DNA of 64,000 nucleotides, from positions 568,859-632,858 of the forward strand of contig NW_003314307.1 in assembly GCF_000143415.4 (NCBI RefSeq). Reading direction: 5' to 3'. Source of the stretch: Selaginella moellendorffii (lineage: Eukaryota > Plantae > Lycopodiophyta). A program made the translations under genes and the position numbers. The notes beneath the pieces were generated by a model. That model saw nothing but the letters and a program-made list of their open reading frames with translations. It searched no databases and had not been told where the DNA came from. Of this stretch, positions 52,089-63,544 are shown piece after piece (within the stretch, counting starts at the first letter, position 1; every line of letters starts with the position of its first letter).

Positions 52089-52486
52089 TATGAATTTTTT
52101 AATTTAAACTTCTCAAGAGGTTACCTAACATAAACCCAAAATATCTTAAAACCCTTAATTAAATAAAAAAGTGGGTGCACTTTTATTTATAAGTAAGAAT
52201 TATAGCTCTCATGAAAGCCCTACTCTCTTGACAGCCTACCCTATTGGCTTTAGCCATAGGGAGCAAACTAGAATTCCCCTGGCTAACCAATAGAGTCATA
52301 TTTGAAACTTCTTTAATACTAAATGTGAACTTTTGAATTTAAACTTTTTGAAAAATTACTAAATTTAATGTTACTTAAACTTAAATATAGTTAACCCTAA
52401 ATATCCTAAAACCCTTTGGAAAAAGGGGTGTACTTTTATCAACCCTAATGGAACATCTCTTGAACCATTTTCTTTGGTTACTTACA
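52089..52486 (-). mobile_element. Decayed Cassandra-like TRIM (partial LTR, ~120-bp internal, PBS remnant, LTR 52324-52486)
   Basis: Both ends align with the 57842-58036 LTR (aaacttctcaagaggttacc; acccttt-ggaaaaaggggtg; tctttggttacttaca). PBS-like ctttaatactaaa at 52311-52323. Confidence 0.7.
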
Positions 52487-52828
52487 GTAATCTACATTAA
52501 GAAAACAATCTATAATAACCCAGATATATTGACAATGTGATTTAGGTATTAAAAGTTGCTTATTGGTTAAGTCCTTTCAAATTTTCTTATTATTAAACTA
52601 TTTATCAATTTTTACCCAAGCTAGTTAAGAAATTGGTTTTTGCATGTGAAATTGACTAGAAGAGCATAAGAATGGAATTCTTAAGTGCTATTGGTAAAAC
52701 ATCATTACCTAGTTAGAGAAATTCACTTTTTAGCTATTAATAAGGTATATAGAGTTTTGAATATGATGGTACATCTAATTCACAATTTAGCATTATTCAA
52801 TATTTAATAAGTTTTAGGGTTGTCTTAA

Positions 52829-52990
52829 TGTAGCGCACCTTATCTCTCTCCCCTTAAGCCAATTAGAAAAGGGGTAATTGCTTGATGAAAGAGCCTTTAG
52901 TGGCTATTTTATCCCCATTTATCCCCCAAGGTTCCAAGGATCCACGGTGACAGTATATCCAAATTTCATCCCATGATCACATGCGCTACA
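52829..52990. mobile_element. 162-bp mini solo LTR (TRIM-like)
   Basis: Perfect 9-bp terminal inverted repeat TGTAGCGCA...TGCGCTACA, TSD CTTAA/TTTAA. Empty site in the duplicate unit at ~63521-63537. Confidence 0.75.
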
Positions 52991-53002
52991 TTTAAAGACT
53001 AA

Positions 53003-53230
53003 TGTGAAACACAAATCCCTAAGCCCCAAAATGGAGCTGAAAGGGTTCCATATGGTATTGGTTGAAGTGGAAGTCCAACAAATGTAACTTATTTATACCA
53101 AAAGCTCCAATTTAGAAAGTCGAGAATAAGAGTGGAATTCTAAATAAAGTGCTTGAAGAATGAGCATGAAACAATCGGTGAATGAGTCTTTTAAAAGGAC
53201 ACAAGAAGACTAATATATGGAAGTGTTAGG
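53003..53230 (+). repeat. Decayed 5' fragment of LTR-B
   Basis: tgtgaaacacaaatccctaagccccaaaatggagc... aligns with the reverse complement of ~57055-57290. Confidence 0.7.
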
Positions 53231-53906
53231 ATCAAATCCAAGAAAGAGTCTAAATTCAACTAGTTGAAATTTTTTTGCATAGGTCATCTTTGCACACTGA
53301 ACCTTCCTTCTTAGAGCTATCACTTTCTTGTTCTTCCACTTTTTTCTTCTTGATCTCTAGATTGATACTCAAAATGAGTATGAGTAATTACCACAATGAT
53401 AGACCCAATTATTGCCATCTTGATTCATAGCCATATGGCCCTTTATAGGTGCTCATGATGACCAAATGGCTTCAATAAATGATCCTTTTTGAAGCTTTGT
53501 TGCCTCTTGACTAGTCCTTGTGCTAGATCAAGTTACAGTTCATAGCTTAATTAGAAAAACTAAGAAGAAATGAAAATTTGCTAAGTCAAAGATATATGAC
53601 ATCATTCTATATTTCTCACATAACAATATAGTCATGTAAATAATATAATGAGAATAGAGCAACAACTCAAATTATATAGCAATATGGCTTTAGAACTCAA
53701 TTCCAATAGTGAGACAACTCTTTACCAAGTCAAGTTTCCCATAAAAAAACTACTTTGTACTTTATACTTTGTTTGCCCATATGATTATGGATACTCACCA
53801 CTACTTATCCTTAATTTAGTCTGTAGTTTATAAATGCTTACCATTACTTATGCTTAACTTAGCTTCTATAAATATTTGAGTAAGTTTGGAAGTTTTAGTT
53901 GTTATT

Positions 53907-54357
53907 TGTGAATTCTTGAATTTAAACTTCTTAGAAGGTTACTTAACATAATACTACTCAACCCAAGGACATTTAACCCTAAATATCTAAAAACCCTTAA
54001 TCAATTGGGGTGCACTTTTATTTATAAGTCTTTCCCTCTATATTTGGACTATTTATTCCTTATAAATTCATGTGAAAGCTAGGAATTATAGCTTTCATAA
54101 GAACCATACTCTCTTGATACCCTACCCCATTGGGTCTAGCTCAATAGGGAGCAAATTATAATTCCTTCAGCTAGTCAATAGAGTCAGATTTAAAACCTTT
54201 TTAATACTAAATATAAATTCTTGAATTTAGACTTCTTGAAAAATTTACTATTTAAACCCAAAAATAGTTAATCCTAAATATCCTAAAACCTTATGGAAAA
54301 AGGGGTGTACTTTTATTAATAAAACATCTCTTAAGCCATTTTCTTTTATTACTTATA
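53907..54357 (-). mobile_element. Second decayed Cassandra-like TRIM (duplicate of 52089-52486)
   Basis: Same architecture; retains more of the 5S-derived segment (aatactactcaacccaaggacatttaacc). GTTAT occurs near both flanks. Confidence 0.7.
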
Positions 54358-55188
54358 GTTATCTACACTAGGAAGAAGTGAAAAATCTTTGTCAAACAAT
54401 TTATAATAATCTAGATTTATCGAGAATGTGATTGTGGGTATTAAAAGTTAATTATTAGAAAGTCCTTTCAAATTTTCTTCTCTTATTGCCATAACTCTAG
54501 GAAGTTAGTATTATTAAACCTTTATTAGTCTCCATCCAAGCTAGTTGAGAAACTAATTTTTGCATGTAAACTTAATTAGAAGAGCATAAGAATAGAATTC
54601 TTAAGTGCTATTGTCGCGAATGTGACTTCAGGTATCGAAAGTTACTTGTCGACCAGTCTTTATGGACATTCTTACCTTACTACCACGATGGCAGGAGGTC
54701 GGTACTACTGGTCCCTTTCATAGTCTCCACTTAAGCTAGTTGAAAAACTGGTCATCGTGTGTGCACTTGACCAGATGAGTATAAGGACGGAATTCTTACG
54801 TGCTATTTGTCAAGCATACTTGACCTGGTTAGAGAAACTCATTCGTTGACTTGCACTTGCTAGTGTTGAGAACCCCCACGATATTGAGACTAGTCCCTCA
54901 ATATTCGCTAGATGATAGTTTACCGTGTCTGCCAAACACCCTCGCTATCATGCCCTTTGTGTTAGTCTCATTTCGGTCCCAAATGCTAATTATGGAAAGT
55001 GTCTAGATTTGCTCATTTGGCATATCTACGGAATGTAGAGATCGGCCTGAACACAATGGTGTTCGTCCTGTGCCCAAATTCGCAATCTAGCGCCATTCCA
55101 TATTTAGTAAGTTTCGAGCTTGTCCTAGGGACTAACTCCTGATACTAAGGGAGGCTTGGGGTGAAAGCCTAAGGTGTGTGTTCCTCAA

Positions 55189-55219
<31 letters not shown>

Positions 55220-56594
55220 TTTGGGGGTTCCCAATGTATAGTAAGGATAGTGGGTAAGTCGAACATGGCCGACCAACCTGAGGCATAGTCTAGCTCCTGC
55301 TTGCATGCCTATCCTTGTTCTGTGTCTGTCTTGGGTCTAAGCCCAAGTTCCATTCCATGCTAACTGGTGGAGTACCCATGTCCTTGCGTTAGGCCACCGG
55401 TATGCCGAAATAGCACCAAACTCTGTTTGGCTCCGTTTTGCGTGCTGGTCCTGGCATTGGAATGTTGGTTACTCCAGGACTGTTCCAAGTCGCTTCGGGC
55501 TCCTGTCCTTTCGCTCCTTGGGCTGTATGCTTAGGAGTTGCTCCATGGTCCGGTTCCATTATTCCTTGGTTCCATGCTTGGGAGTTTGTGTAAGCGACTA
55601 AATTTTCCATTCTACTTTAGTCACTTAACCACACCTCCGACCACTTGGAGGAGTCTCAATCACAACCTCCATAAGTCCATTTTAGGACTTGGGACTTGCT
55701 AGCCCCGAGAATGGCATCCATGCCACTCAACATTTGCACTTGGTCCAAGTGCCCCACGTGTCCGATCCCATGACCGACACTCAAAAGTACCACCGACATG
55801 GCAGCCTGTTACGCTAAGGCCATGCCCAATCACCTTTGCCACACTGGTAGTCCAATACCACTTGTATCACAGTCTTGGCTCTCAAAGACTAGGCAAACCA
55901 TCTGTGAGTGGTCATCTCAGATCCACTCCTTACCATCCTGAGGATGCCCACCGACAAGGGGAATAGCCTTCCCCAATATCCCTCTGTCAGTCCCCACTAA
56001 GTCCCGTGTTTGCCAACACTGCCACCGGATCGAGGCCCACAGGCCCGACCACTAAGTCCCACGGTCCTCTGGGACTTCCTCACCACACGACTGTGTCCTT
56101 GGTCACTACCCCAGAGGACTGCTCCTCTTCCTTTCCACAGTCTGGGCCTTTGGGACAACATTTCAGAACACCGTGGCCTTACGCGAGCCACCTGGGTACT
56201 CTCCCTGCCTTCCGCCCTTGGGTGCTCTAGCCATGGGCTTAGAGCGAGGTTCCATTAAGCCACGTCTGGTATCCAAGTAGGTAGTGCCACCCACACTTGG
56301 ATTGGGAGCATCGGCCGGTTGATCTCCTAGGGAAACTAAAGCTGGCTCTTGAACACTTCACCAAGCTACCCCGCTTGTCAGTCCGTGTTCACTCTAGTCT
56401 TGGACTTCCCAGTGGTCAGCTCATCACCCAACACTAGGTCTGGCCTTCCTGGGCCAAACTGGCCTTTCCTGGCCAAACTGGCTCCACTGGGCTCCAACCC
56501 CCACACTCTCCCTACTATACTTTTGGAACCCCCCGCAGCCCCCCCCCCTGGGGGACAATCGCTTTGGGCTTTCACCCAACTGCTTGTATTAGTA

Positions 56595-57057
56595 TTCGGA
56601 CTCAGACTCGGGCTCGAACTTGGACTCGGACTCGGTCTCGGTTCCGGTTTCGGACTCGGACTCGGTCTCGGTCTCGGTCTCGGCCTTGGTCTTGGCCTCG
56701 GTCTCGGTTCCATCTCGGACTCCATCTCGGGTCCATCTCGGACTCCATCTCGGGTCCATCTCGAGTCCATCTCGGACTCCATCTTGGGTCCATCTCGGAC
56801 TCCATCTTGGGTCCATCTCGGACTCCATCTCGGACTCCATCTCGGGTCCATCTCGGACTCCATCTCGGACTCCATATCGGACTCCACTTCGGGTCCATCT
56901 CGGACTCCATCTCGGACTCCATATTGGACTCCACTTCGGGTCCATCTCGGACTCCTTATCGGACTCCATTTCGGGTCCATCTCGGACTCCATATCAGACT
57001 CCACTTCGGGTCCATCTCGGACTCCAACTCAGGTCCACCTCGGACTCCATCTCGGAC
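56595..57057. repeat. 6-bp and 12-bp tandem arrays (ctcggt; ggactccatctc) in LTR-B; second copy ~62565-63007
   Basis: Direct reading; unit number differs between the two LTRs. Confidence 0.92.
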
Positions 57058-57841
57058 ACTTCCACGTGTCATGTGTTGGTCCTTTTTGGGTCCCTTTTTG
57101 GAGCCTTGCTTATTGGTTGCCTCGCGCTTGCTCCTCGAGCACTTTGTTGGGAGTTCCACTCCCCCTCTCGACCTTCCAAGTCGGAGCTTTTAGTCCAAAC
57201 GTGTTATGCTCGTTTGGCTTTCGCTTCGGCCACTACCACATGGCACCCTTTCCGGCTCCACTTTGGGGCCTAGGGATTTTGTGTCTCACAACTCCACCAC
57301 CCATAGACGAAGTTCAATGTCCTCATCAAATGATAAACTATTTTATAAAGTAACACCCGCATGTGTTACCATTTCCATCCTTGGCACCTAGCCAATATTT
57401 GTCAATAGTTTGACATTGAAGGCTCACCATGCCTTGCCCATCCTCTAAGGAGCATAGTCTTTCCAACATAGAGACTTATTTGACCACCTGGGGTGGTTTG
57501 CTCCCTTTTATTGGTTCAGTTCTCACTAAACCTGTTAGAGATATCTTCTCTAACTCAATTCCCACTACTCATTCTCGAGTGGTCTCAGTTCCCATTGATA
57601 TAACCTTTGCACTTTGGAACTTTGAATTTTGACTTCTTGGAGTTAATTTCCTAGGTGTCTTCGACACCTTGCCTTGCACCTTTTGTGTAACTCCACTTCC
57701 CATCCTAGGAAGTTCTCTACTCGAGGGCACCATCATCCTCTCTTCTATTTCGTGCCACCCTGGGGCACTAAGTTCCAGTTATCATACTTTGTGCTAAGGC
57801 TGTTCATGGCCCTATCATTTGGCTACCTTACCGCTCCCTCC

Positions 57842-58036
57842 TGTAAGCTCCTGAGTTTGGACTTCCCAGGAGGTCACCCAGCCCAGTACTATTCACACCA
57901 AAGGACGCTTAACCCCAAATATCCCAAGACCCTTAACCGATTGGAAAAGGGGGTGCACTCTTGTTCATGGGCCCTTTCCCTTTATATTTGAACCCCAACG
58001 GATCGTCTCTCAAGTCGTTCCCTTTGGTTACTTACA
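57842..58036 (-). mobile_element. Cassandra-type solo LTR containing a 5S rRNA-derived domain (57859-57913)
   Basis: 195 bp, TGTAAG...CTTACA, perfect TSD CCTCC. Minus strand gttaagcgtcctttggtgtgaatagtactgggctgggtgacctcctgggaagtcc matches the angiosperm 5S consensus as I recall it at 48/55 without gaps. Confidence 0.9.
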
Positions 58037-61000
58037 CCTCCCTTGGAGCTTCCCCTTTCGCCAAATCGGAGCAATTCGGAATCCATCCTTGGAAACACAC
58101 TTCCTTTCCCGCAATTTGTTAGCGTCTAACACATTAGTGTTCATCGCCTAACTTTGCTACTTGGATTCCTTCCAAGGGATTCCACGGCCCTATCTTGGCC
58201 ACTCATCTTTTGCTTCTATCCGTTGATTGTTGCACCAAGCAACACCGAATCTCTACCCCCCTCCTTGAGGTATTCTTTTGATTCCATAGCAAAGGCTCTG
58301 CTTTGCCAAGACTAGGGTGTTCACCCCTAGTAAATCTCTTTAGCATCTTCTGCTGTGGGCTCTATCCACGGCCCAACTTTGTGACCCTCCCATGGGTCTC
58401 TTTAGAAACTACTTTCCTTGGACACACTATGCCATCGCAATGACATAGCTCATTTCCTTAAAGTGCTTTTCCCACTTGGTCACCTTGACCAAGCCACACC
58501 ATCATCAATAGTTCAAATCAACACTTTGAACTAGGAACCTTATTTCTTAGCCCAAACAAGGACCTTGTCCTTATTTAGCCACAAGATCACCTAGTGATCT
58601 CACCTCGGCACCTTAACAGGTTTGCCAATAAATACTAGGTCTTCCAGACCTTTAACTTGTTAACTACGACCCCAAGGGCATCCCCCACACTTGGCGGTGC
58701 GCCCAAGCCAGCCCTTCTGGCCAAGGGTCCATAGCAACTGAGACTGGGTGTCCCCATCTCATTCACCACGTCTTTGGTGCCACTTGCACCAAAGTGTTCA
58801 AGTTAGATATGCTGAGCCACACTAAACAATTTAACCGTGTATCACGACTCCGAGGCATCCCTCGCTTGGCGGTGTGCCCAAGCCAGTCTCCACACTGAGA
58901 GTCCATGACCACCGAAAAATGAGTGTCCTCATATTCCAAACCATCACCACGCCCTAGTGAGTTGGGACTCGAACCCAAGCACTAGAGGGTCGGGACTCGA
59001 ACCCAACCTCCGTATATGCATCTACAAACAGCATCACCTAGAATGCCTGGCGTGACTCCCCACGCCGGTGCACCAACTTATACTTAAAGCGCACCATAGA
59101 TCACAGCTTAGGAACCTAGTTCCTCCACACTGCCAAGTCCTCTCACTTGACAAGTCTGTGATCATACATGGACTCCTCCATGCTTGGCCCCATGGCCCAC
59201 CCTTTTTGAAGTTATCACCTTCAACTAGGGTATTTGTTCCCCTGACTTGCCAATCTCGCTTTGGCAAGTCCTCCGACCACTGTAACATGGTTCCTGCACA
59301 AGCGTGAAAGCCCTTGGTCATCGACTTTCGTTCAAAGCCCTCTCTTTGAACACTCGGGAACTTCTTCCCTAACCTTGATAGCCTTGCCTCATGGCAAGCT
59401 TCAAGACCACGCTTCTGCTGCACCACTCTGATTTCGCGCATTTCTTGAACCATTTACGCTTGGCCTTTCTAGGTACTAAGCTACCTAGAATCATTTTTGG
59501 GAACCTTGAAGGAACTCTGTCCCTTAACTTGCTAAGGCTTCCCTTTTTGCAAGCTTTCTAATTACCATATAATCTAACATAGACAATTCCATATTTTAGA
59601 CTCTCCATGGCATCACGGTTGCTAGCAGCAACACCCTCGAACCCCCACTTGATTCTCCACTCCCAGCTGGCATAACCAACCTTGGTTATGCCCTTCGATT
59701 CCTATGGTTCGGTTCTATCCCCTTACTTTTTGCTTTTAGCTTCACACCTTTCCTTTGGTCATTCTCCTCCAGACCAGGAGGATAGCTTTGCACTTTCTAT
59801 CATGCCTTAGCAAGTATTCTTAGAGATGAACCTACCCGATAGCCTAGGGAGTGGTTCCTCAATCCAGGTTAATCCCACACAACGAGATTACGTTGTTGCT
59901 TACGGGCCTTTACATGCCCATCACTAGCCTTGCCAAAATTCCATTTTTGGCTTTGTCCAACTCGAGTAGACAGTCTTCTCCTGTCTCTGCCACCTTTGGA
60001 TATTTGGATAGCACCTTCTATCCATCATTCGCTAGGGACTTAGTCCCTTGGTCTTTATTTATTACCCTCGCGACATCAAACAACACTTCCTAGTGTTTTA
60101 GAGTGTTCGGGTGTCCCAATGATGACTTTTTTGACAATGAGTATTTCCTTTTATGACATTGACTTACTATATTGCAACATAAGCAACTTATCCCCCGTAA
60201 GGGTACGTCCAACTTCTCTATGCCATTAAGAAGGTTTGGGTAGTTACCTTCTACCCGTTTAACCAATTATTTTGCACCTCTTGCTTAGTTGCCTCATAGT
60301 TGTCAAGTCCTACAACTCATTGTTGGTGCTTCCACATCTCCATCATTATCTGGGTCACCACACTCCAACTGCATGCTCTGCCACTTAGGCTATGCCATTC
60401 CCATTTCCATTGGGATTCCTTTGGCAAGGGGTTCTCATGAACCCACCAACATAGCCTCAAGGTATCACACCTTGGCACATTTGGTGTCTCCACACCATCG
60501 GCTTCATGAGCCTACCTCTATGACACTTCTTCTTTGGGTCTAAGTCTTTGCCAAGACCAATACCGCTCTTTCTCATGCCAACCATCTGTTAGCACTGCAC
60601 CATAGAGGTCACACACAACTTTGTGTCAAAGTTGTTTTCTTTTTGGGAACATCTTTCCCATGACTTTAGCATGGCACATTTTGCCATCGATGAGATACCC
60701 TCTATTCTCATCCTTGGATCTTATGATCCCCCCCCCATCCTTCGTGGGGTACAACACACCTCAGTCCAAATGCTTCCATTAGTCCTTTTAGGACCATTCC
60801 TTGACTCTACTTGAGTCATCCAGCAGTTTTGGACTTGGTTAATCCACAGACCCGTAAGGTCCCACTTGTGAGGCACTAGCTCACTGGAATACACTTCCTG
60901 CATTCCTGTCCTACTCAGAAGGACTATTTTCATAAGTGTTACTCTGACACTTGTTTTTGTTCTCTGGGGCAACCTCTGCCCCTTAGGACTATTTGTTCAT

Positions 61001-63544
61001 GTGATGAGAATACCAACTCATCTCTAAGTACACCCCCCAACTCCTTGGGTTGTTCCAGCATTTATTAAAGGTAACCCCGGCTACCATTTCAAGGACTTGA
61101 GTCCTCTTCCATATTTGACCTCCCACAGTCATCACTTCTGGTCTCACATTCATGAGCACCAACCTCAACTATATGAGGATAATCTTGTGACTCCCTTATT
61201 GCTTTGGAGTCTTTATCTTTCTTGTGATCCTAAATTTAGTTGTTTACCACAACTACATTGGCCATTTACTGAGTCAAACGCTCATCTGGATCACATCCTC
61301 AACTCTCTGAGGAAAACCATATATTGTTCCCAAGATCCCAAAGTCATTCCCTTACCGGCCCCTTTCCTATCCACCACATCGCGCCCAAGTCACGCATGAA
61401 TTTGAGTGGAGAGCCATGTCCTCTCAGCATGCTACTCCTCAAGGATAAGCCCACTCCTAGGACCTTCCAATGCAAATATCAATGGTGATATACTTGAGCA
61501 CCAATAAAAGTCAGACTAAGGAACAGCTTCGATACCAAATTGTAAGCGACTAAATTTTCCATTCTATTTTAGTCACTTAACCACACCTCCGACCACTTGG
61601 AGGAGTCTCAATCACAACCTCCATAAGTCCATTTTAGGACTTGGGACTTGCTAGCCCCGAGAATGGCATCCATGCCACTCAACATTTGCACTTGGTCCAA
61701 GTGCCCCACGTGTCCGATCCCATGACCGACACTCAAAAGTACCACCGACATGGCAGCCTGTTACGCTAAGGCCATGCCCAATCACCTTTGCCACACTGGT
61801 AGTCCAATACCACTTGTATCACAGTCTTGGCTCTCCAAGACTAGGCAAACCATCCGTGAGTGGTCATCTCAGATCCACTCCTTAGCATCCTGAGGATGCC
61901 CACCGACAAGGGGAATAGCCTTCCCCAATATCCCTTTGTTAGTCCCCACTAAGTCCCTTTCTGCCCCTGGCCGTGTTTGCCAACACTGCCACCGGATCGA
62001 GGCCCACAGGCCCGACCACTAAGTCCCATAGTCCTCTGGGACTTCCTCACCACACGACTGTGTCCTTGGTCACTACCCCAGAGGACTGCTCCTCTTCCTT
62101 TCCACAGTCTGGGCCTTTGGGACAACATTTCGGAACACCGTGGCCTTACGCGAGCCACCTGGGTACTCTCCCCGCCTTCCGCCCTTGGGTGCTCTAGCCA
62201 TGGGCTTAGAGCGAGGTTCCGTTGAGCCACGCCTGGTATCCAAGTAGGTAGTGCCACCCACACTTGGATTGGGAGCATCGGCCAGTCAATCTCCCAGGGG
62301 AACTAGAGCCGGCTCTTGAACACTTCACCAAGCTACCCCGCTTGTCGGTCCGTGTTCACTCTAGTCTTGGACTTCCCAGTGGTCAGCTCATCACCCAACA
62401 CTGGGTCTGGCCTTCTTGGGCCAAACTGGCCTTTCCTGGCCAAACTAGCTCCACTGGGCTCCAACCCCCACACTCTCCCTACTATACTTTTGGAACCCCC
62501 CGCAGCCCCCCCCCCCCTGGGGGACAATCGCTTTGGGCTTTCACCCAACTGCCTGTATTAGTATTCGGACTCAGACTCGGGCTCGAACTTGGACTCAGAC
62601 TCGGGCTCGAACTTGGACTCAGACTCGGTCTCGGTCCCGGTTTCGGACTCGGTCTCGGTCTCGGCCTCGGTCTCGGCCTTGGTCTCGGCCTCGGTCTCGG
62701 TTCCATCTCGGACTCCATCTCGGACTTCATCTCGGGTCCATCTTGGACTCCATCTCGGACTCCATCTCGGGTCCATCTCGGACTCCATCTCGGACTCCAT
62801 ATCGGACTCCACTTCGGGTCCATCTCGGACTCCATCTCGGACTCCATATCGGACTCCACTTCGGGTCCATCTCGGACTCCATCTCGGACTCCATATCGGA
62901 CTCCATATCGGACTCCATTTCGGGTCCATCTCGGACTCCATATCAGACTCCACTTCGGGTCCATCTCGGACTCCAACTCAGGTCCGCCTCGGACTCCATC
63001 TCGGACACTTCCACGTGTCATGTGTTGGTCCTTTTTGGGTCCCTTTTTGGAGCCTTGCTTATTGGTTGCCTCGTGCTTACTCCTCGAGCACTTTGTTGGG
63101 AGTTCCACTCCCCCTCTCGACCTTCCAAGTCGGAGCTTTTAGTCCAAACGTGTTATGCTCGTTTGGCTTTCGCTTCGGCCACTACCACGTGGCACCCTTT
63201 CCGGCTCCACTTTGGGGCCTAGGGATTTTGTGTCTCACAGTTTGGCACCGTTCCTACGTTCAGTGACCCAAGGCCCTGAACCTTGGGTTCCTATGGACAC
63301 GTGGCACAAAGAGGGTTTAGGTTCCGCTTCGTGGTGTTATCCAATGGTAAATCACCATATGATAAAGGGTCAAAACCACGTGCGCTATAGCTATTGATGA
63401 AATATGCTTTACCTAGTTAGAGAAATTCATTTTTTAGCTGCTAATATAGAACATGATGGTGTTTTTCTTACATCTAAATTCATAATTTAAAAACATTCAA
63501 TATTTAATAAGTTTTAAAGTTGTCTTAGAGACTAACTTCTAGAA

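Larger units (their letters stand above)
51455..54611. repeat. Tandem segmental duplication (units ~51455-52828 and ~53270-54611, the latter continuing at 63390-63535)
   Basis: Long direct homology, e.g. ccactttcttcttcttgatctctagattgatactcaaaatg at ~51520 and ~53336. Confidence 0.88.
55589..63239 (-). mobile_element. Full-length family-B LTR retroelement (Ty3/gypsy-type, non-coding internal 57291-61540); 5' LTR 61541-63239, 3' LTR 55589-57290
   Basis: ~1.7-kb LTR pair with TSD GTTTG (55584-55588, 63240-63244). Minus-strand PBS TGGTATCGAAGC (tRNA-Met-like, 61526-61537), PPT GGGTGGTGGAGT (57291-57302) and a chromodomain-like remnant LCWKDYAP* near 57445-57475. Confidence 0.93.
54612..63389 (+). 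mobile_element. Solo LTR-A (54612-55588 + 63240-63389) split by a family-B element
   Basis: TGTCGCG...GCGCTATA with TSD GCTAT (54607-54611, 63390-63394). Empty site at ~52685-52700. Confidence 0.92.

Noticed and set aside
55188-55217. ~30-nt poly-G run
   Set aside because: The run is about 10 G in the other intact LTR-A copies; homopolymer slippage or a base-calling error is likely.
56700-57060. CRISPR-like appearance of regular repeats
   Set aside because: Contiguous 12-bp units without unique spacers, inside eukaryotic LTRs; no cas genes.
57859-57913. Functional 5S rRNA gene
   Set aside because: Only about 55 of ~120 nt are present, there is no T-run terminator, and the segment is embedded in a TSD-flanked LTR.
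58960-59060. tRNA gene
   Set aside because: T-arm motif only; no acceptor stem, D-arm or anticodon arm can be folded.
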